64,000 nt of DNA from Candidatus Omnitrophota bacterium. Its GTDB lineage: Bacteria; Omnitrophota; Gorgyraeia; Zapsychrales; Zapsychraceae. Where the stretch lies: NCBI GenBank assembly GCA_015233405.1, contig JADFXT010000005.1:10210-74209 (forward strand), read 5' to 3'. A model generated the notes under the pieces. The model saw only the letters and a program-made list of their open reading frames with translations, did not search any database and was not told the origin of the DNA. Shown piece after piece: positions 10,041-19,775 of the stretch (its first letter is position 1; every line of letters starts with the position of its first letter). Both the position numbers and the translations under genes were made by a program.

Positions 10041-10072
10041 ATCTGCTCGGTTTTTCAAAGTAAAAAAATATT

Positions 10073-10774
10073 ATGAATATAGAAATAGTTGAGAAAACAT
10101 TACGACAACACGCGGATAAAAAACAAGCTAAGCTTCTCCAGCGTTTTTTTAAGACCGGTCCCGGCCAATACGCCGAAGGCGATATTTTTTTAGGGATAAA
10201 AGTTCCCGTAATGAGACGATTGGCCAAAAAGTTTGAAGACCTTCCATTAGAAAGTGTCGTAGAAATCCTTCAGTCTCCCATTCATGAGATGCGGTTCTTA
10301 GCGCTGATCATCCTTATTTCGCAATATCATAAGGCAGACGATTTGGGGAAGGAAAAAATTTACCGCCTTTATTTGTCGAACACCAAATTTATCAATAATT
10401 GGGACCTCGTCGATGTATCGGCAAAACATATTGTTGGCGGTTTTCTCATGGATAAAGATAAAGTGGTTTTATCGCAATTGGCAAGATCGACGTCTTTGTG
10501 GGAGCGAAGAATCGCAATCCTAGCGACATTTTATTTTATCGGACATGATCAGTTTGAGGAGTCGCTTAAGATCGCGCAAATCCTTCTCTTGGACAAACAT
10601 GATTTGATCCATAAAGCCGTCGGATGGATGTTGCGGGAAGTCGGAAAGAAGGATATCTTCATCGAGGAAAAGTTTTTAAAGAAACATTGTTCAGTGATGC
10701 CTAGGACGATGCTGCGATATGCTATCGAACGGTTCCCTGAACCTAAGCGCCAGGCTTATTTGAAAGGTGTCTAA
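10073..10774 (+). CDS. DNA alkylation repair protein (AlkD-like HEAT-repeat glycosylase family)
   Basis: 233 aa. LQRFFKTGPGQYAEGDIFLGIKVPVMRRLAK and NNWDLVD motifs are typical of the DNA_alkylation family. Confidence 0.8.
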   Translation: MNIEIVEKTLRQHADKKQAKLLQRFFKTGPGQYAEGDIFLGIKVPVMRRLAKKFEDLPLESVVEILQSPIHEMRFLALIILISQYHKADDLGKEKIYRLYLSNTKFINNWDLVDVSAKHIVGGFLMDKDKVVLSQLARSTSLWERRIAILATFYFIGHDQFEESLKIAQILLLDKHDLIHKAVGWMLREVGKKDIFIEEKFLKKHCSVMPRTMLRYAIERFPEPKRQAYLKGV

Positions 10775-10789
10775 AAGGATTCATTCTTA

Positions 10790-11542
10790 ATGGAAAATAA
10801 TTTTGCCATAGATTTGAATAAGATTTATTTAAAACGCGGTGAGACCGAGGTTTTTACAGAATTAACCTGGAGAGTTAAGCAAGGCGAGCATTGGTTCGTC
10901 ATGGGAGATAACGGCTGCGGAAAGACGAGTCTGCTTGAAATTATCATGGGTTATCTTTGGCCGCAGAAAGGAACCGTCCGCGTCTTAGGCGAGCAATTGG
11001 GACAGACGTTTATCCCGGAGCTGCGTAAACGGATCGGATATGTTTCGCCCTGGATCTTTAAGCGTATGGGTCATAAAGTCCCTGTTGAGAAAGTGGTCGC
11101 TTCCGGAACGGATGGCTCCGTCGGATATTGGGGGGACATTCCAGAAAACTTGATCAAAAAGGTCGAAGAAAAACTAGATTTTTTCCATTGCGCTTCACTA
11201 GCAAAACGGCCTTTTGGCATGCTATCGTCCGGGCAGCAATTTAAAGTCATCCTGGCCCGCGCGCTTATTAATGATCCGGAATTATTCTTGTTGGATGAAC
11301 CTTTTTCTCAGCTTGATATTGGCGCCCGCATGCAGGCGTATGACCTCATTGAAAAATGGGCTGACTTAGGACATTCGCCCAGCATTATTCTTGTGACGCA
11401 TCATATCGACGATATTTCGAGCTCTTACAAAAACGGACTTCTTTTAAAAGATAGAAAAACTTATTTAACAGGGGTCAAGGAAGAAATTTTGACCAATAAA
11501 GTTTTTAAGGATATTTTTGACCTTAAACGGGATATTTTTTGA
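10790..11542 (+). CDS. ABC transporter ATP-binding protein (ModF-like, no adjacent permease)
   Basis: Walker A GDNGCGKTS, signature LSSGQQ, Walker B LFLLDEP. Confidence 0.85.
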   Translation: MENNFAIDLNKIYLKRGETEVFTELTWRVKQGEHWFVMGDNGCGKTSLLEIIMGYLWPQKGTVRVLGEQLGQTFIPELRKRIGYVSPWIFKRMGHKVPVEKVVASGTDGSVGYWGDIPENLIKKVEEKLDFFHCASLAKRPFGMLSSGQQFKVILARALINDPELFLLDEPFSQLDIGARMQAYDLIEKWADLGHSPSIILVTHHIDDISSSYKNGLLLKDRKTYLTGVKEEILTNKVFKDIFDLKRDIF

Positions 11543-11560
11543 TCTAAAGGAGACAAAAAG

Positions 11561-12301
11561 ATGGGTAAGAAAAATTATTTATTAGAAAAGATCGTCGACA
11601 TTATTGCTTCAAACAAAAAAGGTCGGATCTTGGATCTAGGCTGCGGCGATGGAAAAACTGGTAAAAGGTTGTTAGATTTAGGTTTTGAGGTCGAGGCGTG
11701 CGATATGGATCAGAACAGATTTGAATTCCATAACGAGATCCGTTTTACCTCGGGGAATTTGGCTGAGCGGCTACCGTATCAAGATAATTCATTCGATTAT
11801 GTGCTCTTTATGGAAGTGATCGAACATCTTTATAACCCACAGTTTGTCATTTCCGAAATAAGCCGTATCTTGCGTCCAGGGGGGAGAATTGTTTTATCAA
11901 CGCCCAATATCCTCAACGTTGGGTCGAGAGCGCGCTTTTTTATTGAAGGGAATTTTGATTTTTTCCGGGAACCAACCTTAGATTACTCTCGATGCTTTCC
12001 GTTAGCCATTCAAAATATGCACGTTATCCCTTGGCGATATCAGGAGCTTGAATATCTGCTGGCTCAGAACAATTTAGAAGTGATCCGTTTTTCTGTCGAT
12101 AAGAGGAAAGAAAATTTCTACTTGTTATTTTATTTATTATTTCCGTTAATGTTTTTTCAGGCAAGAATAAAAGAATTGCGGGCTCAGAAAACAGGCGGTG
12201 TTGATTTTCGGAGAATGAATAAAATAATCTTTTCCAAAGACATGCTGCTCGGAAAACACTTGATTGTTGAAGGCATTAAAAAGGCGAACCGGATCGGTTA
12301 A
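11561..12301 (+). CDS. class I SAM-dependent methyltransferase
   Basis: Motif I ILDLGCGDG. Post-I acidic residue. Motif LRPGGRIVLSTPN. Confidence 0.85.
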   Translation: MGKKNYLLEKIVDIIASNKKGRILDLGCGDGKTGKRLLDLGFEVEACDMDQNRFEFHNEIRFTSGNLAERLPYQDNSFDYVLFMEVIEHLYNPQFVISEISRILRPGGRIVLSTPNILNVGSRARFFIEGNFDFFREPTLDYSRCFPLAIQNMHVIPWRYQELEYLLAQNNLEVIRFSVDKRKENFYLLFYLLFPLMFFQARIKELRAQKTGGVDFRRMNKIIFSKDMLLGKHLIVEGIKKANRIG

Positions 12302-12363
12302 AATTGTTTTGAATAATCAGGAGAATGTCTTGCGGAGACTATCGTTTTGGATAAAATAATTTC

Positions 12364-14130
12364 ATGCATGCGTTAACTTTACTAATTACGAGCCTTTTGG
12401 TTTTTGCGTTAGCTTACCGCTTTTACGCGAAATTTATCATCACCAAAGTCCTCGTTTTTGATGAGCAAAGAACCACGCCCGCCCATACTTTAAAAGACGG
12501 AAGGGACTATCATCCGACGAATAAGTTCGTGCTGTTTGGCCACCATTTTGCCGCCATCTCCGGAGCCGGGCCATTGGTCGGGCCGGTCTTGGCGGCACAA
12601 TTTGGTTTTCTCCCCGGATTCTTGTGGATCCTGATCGGTGCAGTCTTAGGCGGTGCCGTGCATGACATGGTTATTTTGTTTGCGTCGGTAAGGACCAAGG
12701 GGTTATCCTTAACGCGGCTTGCCCGAAAAAATATCAGCCCTGCCGCTGGAGTCATTACAGGGATCGCGGTTCTGTTTATTATTATCACGGCGCTGGCTGG
12801 CTTAGCTCTCGTCGTGGTTTATGCCTTAAGCGAAAGCGCGTGGGCGACGTTCACTATTGCACTAACGGTTCCTGCCGCGTTTCTGGTCGCATTTTATATG
12901 TATAAACTCCGTCCTGGAAAGATCGTAGAAGCGTCTTTGATCGGTGTGGCAATTGTTGTGGCCGGCGTTGTTTTGGGCGAACCGATTTCCAAATCAAGTT
13001 TTGGCCATTTATTTCTTTTTTCAAAGCCGAAGCTTTCTATAATTCTTCCCATGTATGGCTTTATCGCCTCAGTGTTGCCGGTATGGCTTTTATTATGCCC
13101 GAGAGATTATTTAAGTTCCTATATGAAAATCGGGACCATCGGTTTTTTGGCGCTCGGCATATTTTGGGTCAATCCGCACCTTCAAATGCCGGCGGTGACC
13201 CAATTTATAAACGGAGGAGGGCCGATTATTCCAGGGAAAGTCTGGCCGTTTGTCTGTATCACGATCGCCTGCGGGGCGATCAGCGGATTTCACAGTTTGA
13301 TCAGTTCCGGCACGACGCCTAAGATGATCAACAGTGAAGCGGATATCCGCATGATCGGGTTTGGCGCCATGCTCGTCGAGGCTTTTGTTTCCGTTATGGC
13401 ACTCATTGCGGCGACGGTGCTTTTGCCCGGCGATTACTTTGCCATTAACGTACCGGTGGCCGTATTTGCAAAATTAGGATTAAATCCTGTGCATTTAGGC
13501 GAGATAGAAAAAATGACCGGAGAAGTTTTGGCCGGACGGACCGGGGGCGCAGTATCGCTCGCTGCCGGGATGTCAGTTATTCTCTCCTCGATTCCCGGAA
13601 TGAAGGCGCTCATGGGATACTGGTATCACTTCGCTATTATGTTCGAAGCTCTTTTTATTCTGACGACGATCGACACGGGAACGCGTGTTGCACGTTACAT
13701 TTTTGAAGAGCTGATTAAACTTGTTAAACCCAGAGCCCGTCCTAACAAATCCCTTTTTGGCATCATGCTCAGCGGAGGCATCATAAGCCTTTTGTGGGGA
13801 TATTTGGTTTATAACGGTGATATCTCGACGATATGGCCGATGTTTGGCGTGGCGAATCAGCTTTTAGCAACGCTGGCTTTGTTGGTGGGAACAGTCTATA
13901 TCCTTAAACGAACAAAGAAAAAGGTGTACTGCTTGATCACTTTTCTGCCGGCTCTTTTTATGTTTGTCACAACGGTTTATGCTGGAATACTCAATATTAC
14001 CGACAACTACCTTCCTAAACACACTTTCCAGGGAAACCTTAATGCCGCGCTTTGTGCGGTCATGATCATCCTCATCGGAGTTGTTCTCGTGGAATCGTTA
14101 AAGAAAATGTATTTCTTGCGCAAGCAATAG
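12364..14130 (+). CDS. cstA: carbon starvation protein A (CstA family peptide/pyruvate transporter)
   Basis: 588-aa polytopic protein. Conserved CstA blocks HHFAAISGAGPLVGPVLAAQFG and PMFGVANQLLA. Confidence 0.92.
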   Translation: MHALTLLITSLLVFALAYRFYAKFIITKVLVFDEQRTTPAHTLKDGRDYHPTNKFVLFGHHFAAISGAGPLVGPVLAAQFGFLPGFLWILIGAVLGGAVHDMVILFASVRTKGLSLTRLARKNISPAAGVITGIAVLFIIITALAGLALVVVYALSESAWATFTIALTVPAAFLVAFYMYKLRPGKIVEASLIGVAIVVAGVVLGEPISKSSFGHLFLFSKPKLSIILPMYGFIASVLPVWLLLCPRDYLSSYMKIGTIGFLALGIFWVNPHLQMPAVTQFINGGGPIIPGKVWPFVCITIACGAISGFHSLISSGTTPKMINSEADIRMIGFGAMLVEAFVSVMALIAATVLLPGDYFAINVPVAVFAKLGLNPVHLGEIEKMTGEVLAGRTGGAVSLAAGMSVILSSIPGMKALMGYWYHFAIMFEALFILTTIDTGTRVARYIFEELIKLVKPRARPNKSLFGIMLSGGIISLLWGYLVYNGDISTIWPMFGVANQLLATLALLVGTVYILKRTKKKVYCLITFLPALFMFVTTVYAGILNITDNYLPKHTFQGNLNAALCAVMIILIGVVLVESLKKMYFLRKQ

Positions 14131-14463
14131 CATTTTAATCCCATCTAGCGTACTTTGCCGACGGAAGAAGCGTCTCTTTTATAAAGACGTATCACGGCGA
14201 CCGTAGCTTTTTTGTTGTAATCAATACAGAACAAAGATGAAGAATATGTTTAGGAAAGATATTTGATTGGTTATCGGTTTGTTATTCATGGCCAGCCATT
14301 ATTTTAGTAAAATTATGCCAGATTTTCTTTTTTTATGATTGATTTTTCAAATAAAATTCAGCGGGATATTCTTCGGGATATCTGCTAGACAAAGGAAATG
14401 TTTTGGTTTACCATGTAAATATTCTGTTATTTTTAAAAAAGGTGCTTAAATCCAGACGCTGAT

Positions 14464-15534
14464 ATGAAAAATATTTTGATTACAGGGGGCTGTGGGTTCA
14501 TTGGTTCTAACCTGGCCGTTTATTTTGCGGATCAAGGTTATACAGTGACGGCCTTGGATAATTTAAGCCGTCGAGGTTCCGAGCTTTTAAGAGACCGCGT
14601 CGAGGCTCGCGGCATTAAGTTTGTTTTAGGTGATGTCCGCCGTTCTCAAGATTTAAATTCCCTTAAGGAAAATTTTGATCTAATGGTCGAATGCAGCGCC
14701 GAGCCATCTGTTCTGGTCGGGACAAATGGACAGGACGCCCGATATCTTCTAGATGTCAACCTTCAAGGCGCGATCAACTGTTTTGAATGGGCTCGTGAGC
14801 GGCGTGTTCCAGTGATTTTTCTATCGACCTCTCGAGTTTATCCCTATGACCAGTTGAATGCTTGTCAGTATAAAGAAACCTCGACGCGTTTTGAGTTTGT
14901 TGATGGCTGCGCGGGCGTCTCAGCAAAAGGAGTATCGTTGGACATGCCTTTAAAAGGCGTGAGATCGCTTTATGGCACAAGCAAATTATGCGCTGAGCTA
15001 ATTTTACAAGAATATGCAGCGCTCTATGATCTCCCGTCGATTATTAACCGCTCTGGGGTTATTGCCGGGCCTTGGCAATTGGGCAAAGTTGACCAGGGCG
15101 TTTTTACGTTTTGGCTGGCAAGTCATTATTTCAAAAAGCCTTTGGAATATATCGGATTCGGTGGTGAAGGTAAGCAGGTACGCGACCTTTTACATGTTGA
15201 GGATTTAAATGAACTGATCTTTAAACAGGCGCAATGTCTTATCGTTGATAATCCCAAATATCGAGGAGATATTTTTAATGTGGGCGGCTCGTGCCATTCG
15301 AACTTATCTCTTCAAGAGGCGACAGCCCTTTGCTCGGAATTGACGGGGAATAAACTAGCAATAGGAAAAAATCTAAAAACTCGTCCAGCAGATGTGATTT
15401 GGTATATAACAGATAACGGCAATACCGGTGAGATTTTTGATTGGATTCCTAAACGGTCCGCGAAAAAAATCTTGGAAGACACCTTCGGATGGCTCAAAGA
15501 AGATGAAGCAGATTTTAAAAAAATCTTTAGGTGA
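14464..15534 (+). CDS. NAD-dependent sugar epimerase/dehydratase (extended SDR, CDP-paratose 2-epimerase-like)
   Basis: [10 protein letters not shown] Rossmann motif and YGTSK catalytic motif. Confidence 0.9.
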   Translation: MKNILITGGCGFIGSNLAVYFADQGYTVTALDNLSRRGSELLRDRVEARGIKFVLGDVRRSQDLNSLKENFDLMVECSAEPSVLVGTNGQDARYLLDVNLQGAINCFEWARERRVPVIFLSTSRVYPYDQLNACQYKETSTRFEFVDGCAGVSAKGVSLDMPLKGVRSLYGTSKLCAELILQEYAALYDLPSIINRSGVIAGPWQLGKVDQGVFTFWLASHYFKKPLEYIGFGGEGKQVRDLLHVEDLNELIFKQAQCLIVDNPKYRGDIFNVGGSCHSNLSLQEATALCSELTGNKLAIGKNLKTRPADVIWYITDNGNTGEIFDWIPKRSAKKILEDTFGWLKEDEADFKKIFR

Positions 15535-15545
15535 GGAAAGAGCAA

Positions 15546-16628
15546 ATGAAGATTGCAATAATCACTGGTTCAGCGGGGCTTATCGGTTCTGAGGCGGTCC
15601 GATTTTTTTATGATAAGGGCTTTCAGGTCGTTGGGATTGATAATGACATGCGCCAATATTTCTTTGGTGCGGATGGCTCGACTAGGCAAAACTTAGCAGC
15701 GCTTAAAACCCAATGCCCCAATTTCATTAATTACGACGTGGACATCCGGGATTTTAAGGCCGTGTCGCGTGTTTTCTCGGAATATAACAAAGATGTCTCC
15801 CTGATCATTCATTGCGCGGCCCAACCCAGCCACGACTGGGCAGCGCGGGAACCGTTCACGGATTTTGGAGTCAATGCGACGGGAACGCTCAACCTTCTGG
15901 AATCTGCCCGTCAACACTGTCCGGATGCTGTTTTCATTTTTACGTCAACGAATAAAGTCTATGGTGATACGCCCAACCGGCTTCCTTTGGTCGAGCTTAA
16001 GACGCGTTGGGAGCTTGATCCGTCACACTGTTACTATGCTAACGGCATCGACGAGTCTCTGTCTATTGATCATTCTACGCATTCTCTTTTTGGCGCATCG
16101 AAACTCGCGGCAGACATTCTGGTCCAGGAATACGGACGATATTTTAAAATGAAGACCGGTGTTTTCCGCGGCGGATGCTTGACCGGACCTCGTCATGCGG
16201 GCGTCGAGCTGCATGGATTTTTGGCCTATTTGATGAAATGCGCGGTGACTGGGCAAGAGTATCAGATCCTTGGCTATAAAGGTAAACAGGTGCGGGATAA
16301 TATCCACAGTTTTGATTTAGTAAGCGCATTTTATCATTTTTTTAAAAATCCCCACGTCGGAGAAGTTTACAATATCGGAGGGAGCCGTTTCAGTAATTGT
16401 TCGCTCCTGGAAGCTATTGGGATGTGCGAGAATATTGTTGGGAAAAAAATGCATACGCATTATGTCGAAGCCAATCGCGTCGGCGATCACATATGGTGGA
16501 TCAGCGATGTATCCAAATTTCAATCGCATTATCCGAATTGGAAATTAACGAAGAACGTTGAGAATATATTAACCGAAATTTACAATTACAACCGGGAGCG
16601 TTGGCTTAAAGAATCCCGTTCCGTTTAA
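15546..16628 (+). CDS. NAD-dependent sugar epimerase/dehydratase (second SDR paralogue)
   Basis: The ORF track starts at GTG 15531. ATG 15546 has a GAGGA RBS 8 nt upstream. GSAGLIGS Rossmann motif and FGASK catalytic motif. Confidence 0.88.
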   Translation: MKIAIITGSAGLIGSEAVRFFYDKGFQVVGIDNDMRQYFFGADGSTRQNLAALKTQCPNFINYDVDIRDFKAVSRVFSEYNKDVSLIIHCAAQPSHDWAAREPFTDFGVNATGTLNLLESARQHCPDAVFIFTSTNKVYGDTPNRLPLVELKTRWELDPSHCYYANGIDESLSIDHSTHSLFGASKLAADILVQEYGRYFKMKTGVFRGGCLTGPRHAGVELHGFLAYLMKCAVTGQEYQILGYKGKQVRDNIHSFDLVSAFYHFFKNPHVGEVYNIGGSRFSNCSLLEAIGMCENIVGKKMHTHYVEANRVGDHIWWISDVSKFQSHYPNWKLTKNVENILTEIYNYNRERWLKESRSV

Positions 16629-16632
16629 AAAA

Positions 16633-17382
16633 ATGCCCAAGGATATTTTTTTTTCTATAGTTATTCCAGCACATAATGAAGAGGGATGTCTTGCCTTGAC
16701 CTGTGAGGCGATCGTTGAACGCTTCGCGCGGGAAGAGGTTTTAGATTATGAAATCCTTGTCGTGAATGACAATAGTACGGACTCCACAGAAAAAGTTCTG
16801 CAATCCTTATGCACAAAACACCCGATGATGCGTTACGTCAACAATACTTTGCCGAGCGGTTTTGGTTTTGCCGTCCGTAAAGGGCTTGAAGAATTTAAAG
16901 GCGAAGCCGTTGCGATCGCCATGGCTGACCTTTCTGATTCGCCGGAGGATATCCTTACTTATTACAAAGAACTTAAGAATGGCGCTGAATGCGTTTTTGG
17001 CTCCCGTTTTATCAAAGGAGCTAAAGTTTCCAGTTATCCAACGCATAAATATATCCTCAACCGTATGGCTAATTGGTTTATCAAGATTTTCTTTGGTCTT
17101 GATCACAATGATATAACTAACGCTTTTAAAGCTTATCGACGGGAAGTTGTGTTAGGAGTTCAGCCGCTTTTGTCCCACCATTTTAATTTAACCGTTGAGA
17201 TCCCTTTAAAAGCCATTGTTCGGGGGTATCGGTATGTAAAGGTCCCGATTTCTTGGACAAACCGAAAGACCGGAATGTCAAAGCTTAAGATTGAAGAAAT
17301 GGGTAGCCGGTATCTTTTTATTGTCCTTTATGTCTGGCTTGAACGTTCCTTTTCCAAAGGCGATTATAAGCGCAAGCGATAA
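16633..17382 (+). CDS. family 2 glycosyltransferase (polyprenol-phosphate sugar transferase-like)
   Basis: FSIVIPAHNEE N-terminus, VVNDNSTD, and DLSD (DxD-like) motifs. Confidence 0.9.
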   Translation: MPKDIFFSIVIPAHNEEGCLALTCEAIVERFAREEVLDYEILVVNDNSTDSTEKVLQSLCTKHPMMRYVNNTLPSGFGFAVRKGLEEFKGEAVAIAMADLSDSPEDILTYYKELKNGAECVFGSRFIKGAKVSSYPTHKYILNRMANWFIKIFFGLDHNDITNAFKAYRREVVLGVQPLLSHHFNLTVEIPLKAIVRGYRYVKVPISWTNRKTGMSKLKIEEMGSRYLFIVLYVWLERSFSKGDYKRKR

Positions 17383-17407
17383 ATCTTTCGTTATAAATAT
17401 GAAAATG

Positions 17408-17431
17408 CCCCTAAAATGTAGGGGTTTTTTT
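17408..17431 (+). terminator. rho-independent terminator (short)
   Basis: 6-bp stem ccccta/tagggg (17408-17413 / 17419-17424) followed by a T7 run. Confidence 0.55.
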
Positions 17432-17636
17432 ATGAAAAAAAAGGAGAAAAAAGTCAAAAATAAGTGCCTTTATGTACTATTTATTTTTTTAATGTCTTGT
17501 TATTATAATAATATTATGATTATAAACTTAAATTAGTTAGTCGTTTCCTCCTTAAAAATGATAGTTAAAATATATTAAGTTCTTATTGTTTTCATAATAC
17601 ATCTTCATTAAAATATAAAAGTATATTGAAACTATC

Positions 17637-19379
17637 TTGCCATCTAAATTGATCAGGTTTTCATGTTTAGTATGCAAAGGGGAGGAATTTTTGAGGCTGT
17701 CATTTAAACTTTACTTCGTCTTAGTTCTGTCCTTGGGTTTAAGTTTAAGCGCTATATCTTTGCGCGCTGATGAAGAAATTGTTTCCTTAAAACCATCAGA
17801 AAAAATCTCCCTTGATTATAACGATGTTAGCTTGATCTCCGTTCTTAAATCCATCGCGTATTCTTACAACTTCAATATTGTTATTACCAAAAACGTCATT
17901 GGAAAAGTGTCTGCCCAATTAAAGGACGTTTCTCTCGATGAAGCGTTGCATGCAATCCTGAGCGTTAATGGTTATGCTTTTACTCGGAAAGGAAACATTG
18001 TTTATATTATGCCCAAATCCGAGGTGGAACAAGTTTCGGAATCGGTGGCGCTCAGTTATCTTCCTGCTAAAGAAGCGAAACAGCTTTTAAGTAAATCCAT
18101 CTCAAGCAAAGGGGACATTGAGGTTAATGAGTCGACGAATAGTCTGGTTATCAAAGATTTCCCTCAAAACATTGAAAGAGTCCGGAAGTTGATTGCGGAT
18201 ATCGATACCGCGCCGATTCAGGTTCTCATTGAAGCGAGGATCGTCGACATTGATACGAAAGAATTTGAGAACATCGGAACATCTTTGAAAGTTCATTATA
18301 ATCCTATTAGCGGACATCTCGGGTCTCTAAATGCTACGGTCAATGCTCTTGGTATTGCTCCTACCGATACGACGGGAACAGGACAATTTAGTTTATCTCC
18401 CAAGTGGAGAAGTTTTTCTACAGACCTTGTCATTGACGCATTGGTCCAGGAAAATAAAGCTCGTATTTTGGCGTCTCCATCGATTGCAACGTTAAATGGC
18501 CAGGAGGCGCGCATTATCATCGGTCAAAGATATCCTTATACTCAATCAACTTCTGTAACGGGATCCACTTCGACATCAAGCACTCAATTTGTGGACGTGG
18601 GGACCAGTCTTAGGGTCATCCCCATGGTTTCCCCCGATGGGTGGATTACGATGAAAGTGCATCCGGAAGTTTCTTCAGTCGTAGACGTCACCAGCGCTGG
18701 CCCTCAGATTGACACGCGAGAGGCCGATGCCATGATCCGCGTTAAGGACAATGAAACGATTGTTATCGGCGGACTAATTAAAAAAGAAGATACACGCGAA
18801 AAAAATGGTGTGCCTGTTTTAAGGTCCATCCCTATTTTAGGGTGGTTATTTCGGCAGCATAGTTCAACCGTTAATAACACGGAACTAACCGTTTTTATTA
18901 CTCCGCATATTATTCGCTCGCCGAAGGAATTGCCCGTCAAATCAAGTGAGCCGAGGGAAGTTTATGTGGACCCAAAGAGTTTTGGCAAAGATACGGATTT
19001 ACTTTCGGGACTCTTAAAGTATACCGAAGATTTGGAAAAAGACCTGGCTGAGAACCCTTCCGACGATCTCTATCGTAATGCGCAATTGATCAAAACGTAT
19101 AAAATGATCTTTGAAGAGTTCCCTTTGTCAGGAAAAAGCGATTTTTGTTTGTATAAAATTTGTGAGATCTATGTAAAAAAATTTGGCAAATGCGATGCCG
19201 CTCAAGCGTCTTTGACAAAACTAAAAAACATGTTCGAAGATAGCCCGTATATCGAAGTGGCAGAAGAGCTCGTTAATACCTGCTTGGATGAAGAGAACTT
19301 TGCAAATGATGTCTCTTTAGATCCATCAGAAGCAGTCAGCCATGTAAAGAAGAACAACGATGACAGAAAATCTAATTAA
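17637..19379 (+). CDS. secretin (PilQ/GspD family) with C-terminal TPR-like extension
   Basis: TTG start in the track, so the exact start is uncertain. N-terminal secretin N-domains (VSLDEALHAILSVNGYAF). Canonical C-domain GVPVLRSIPILGWLFR...TELTVFITPHII. About 145 extra C-terminal residues. Confidence 0.9.
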   Translation: MPSKLIRFSCLVCKGEEFLRLSFKLYFVLVLSLGLSLSAISLRADEEIVSLKPSEKISLDYNDVSLISVLKSIAYSYNFNIVITKNVIGKVSAQLKDVSLDEALHAILSVNGYAFTRKGNIVYIMPKSEVEQVSESVALSYLPAKEAKQLLSKSISSKGDIEVNESTNSLVIKDFPQNIERVRKLIADIDTAPIQVLIEARIVDIDTKEFENIGTSLKVHYNPISGHLGSLNATVNALGIAPTDTTGTGQFSLSPKWRSFSTDLVIDALVQENKARILASPSIATLNGQEARIIIGQRYPYTQSTSVTGSTSTSSTQFVDVGTSLRVIPMVSPDGWITMKVHPEVSSVVDVTSAGPQIDTREADAMIRVKDNETIVIGGLIKKEDTREKNGVPVLRSIPILGWLFRQHSSTVNNTELTVFITPHIIRSPKELPVKSSEPREVYVDPKSFGKDTDLLSGLLKYTEDLEKDLAENPSDDLYRNAQLIKTYKMIFEEFPLSGKSDFCLYKICEIYVKKFGKCDAAQASLTKLKNMFEDSPYIEVAEELVNTCLDEENFANDVSLDPSEAVSHVKKNNDDRKSN

Positions 19380-19746
19380 ACAAAAGATTCTTGTGGTTGA
19401 TGATGATTTGGGAACAGTAACCCTATTAGCATCGCGCCTGGAGGCTGCTGGTTATATTGTTTTGAAAGGTTACAATGGCCAAGAAGCTCTGGCCGTTGTT
19501 AAACAAGAGGCTCCAGATTTGATTATCTTAGACCGCATGATGCCTAAGATGGACGGTCTTAAAACTTGCGCGCTCTTAAAATCGGACACGCGTTTTTTAA
19601 AGACCCCTGTTATTATGCTGACCGCAAGCGCGGAAAAGTCTGACCAGGACCTTAGCATAGAAGTTGGAGCGGATGCTTTTATCAATAAACCAGTGAATAT
19701 ACCGGAATTGATCCATAAGATTCAAGAACTGATTTCGCGGAAATAG
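19360..19746 (+). CDS. stand-alone CheY-like response regulator receiver
   Basis: VVDDD, phospho-acceptor context LIILDRMMPKMDG, T (MLTAS) and K (NKP) residues. Overlaps the secretin 3' end by 20 nt. Confidence 0.9.
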   Translation: MTENLIKQKILVVDDDLGTVTLLASRLEAAGYIVLKGYNGQEALAVVKQEAPDLIILDRMMPKMDGLKTCALLKSDTRFLKTPVIMLTASAEKSDQDLSIEVGADAFINKPVNIPELIHKIQELISRK

Positions 19747-19775
19747 TTTTAACAATAAATAATGGCAGGAAACAT

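Noticed and set aside
14131-14463. The 333-nt gap between cstA and the sugar-epimerase genes, as a possible sRNA or riboswitch. It contains the direct repeat cgggatat-N5-cgggatat near 14360-14385.
   Set aside because: It has no convincing conserved-looking structure or terminator, and I found no match to any motif I know. It is most simply a promoter or operator region. There is too little evidence to report it as a feature.
17291-17536. ORF 17291..17536 (81 aa), which spans the GT2 3' end and the AT-rich intergenic region.
   Set aside because: It overlaps the GT2 CDS out of frame and crosses its terminator. The sequence is AT-rich promoter-type DNA upstream of the secretin gene.
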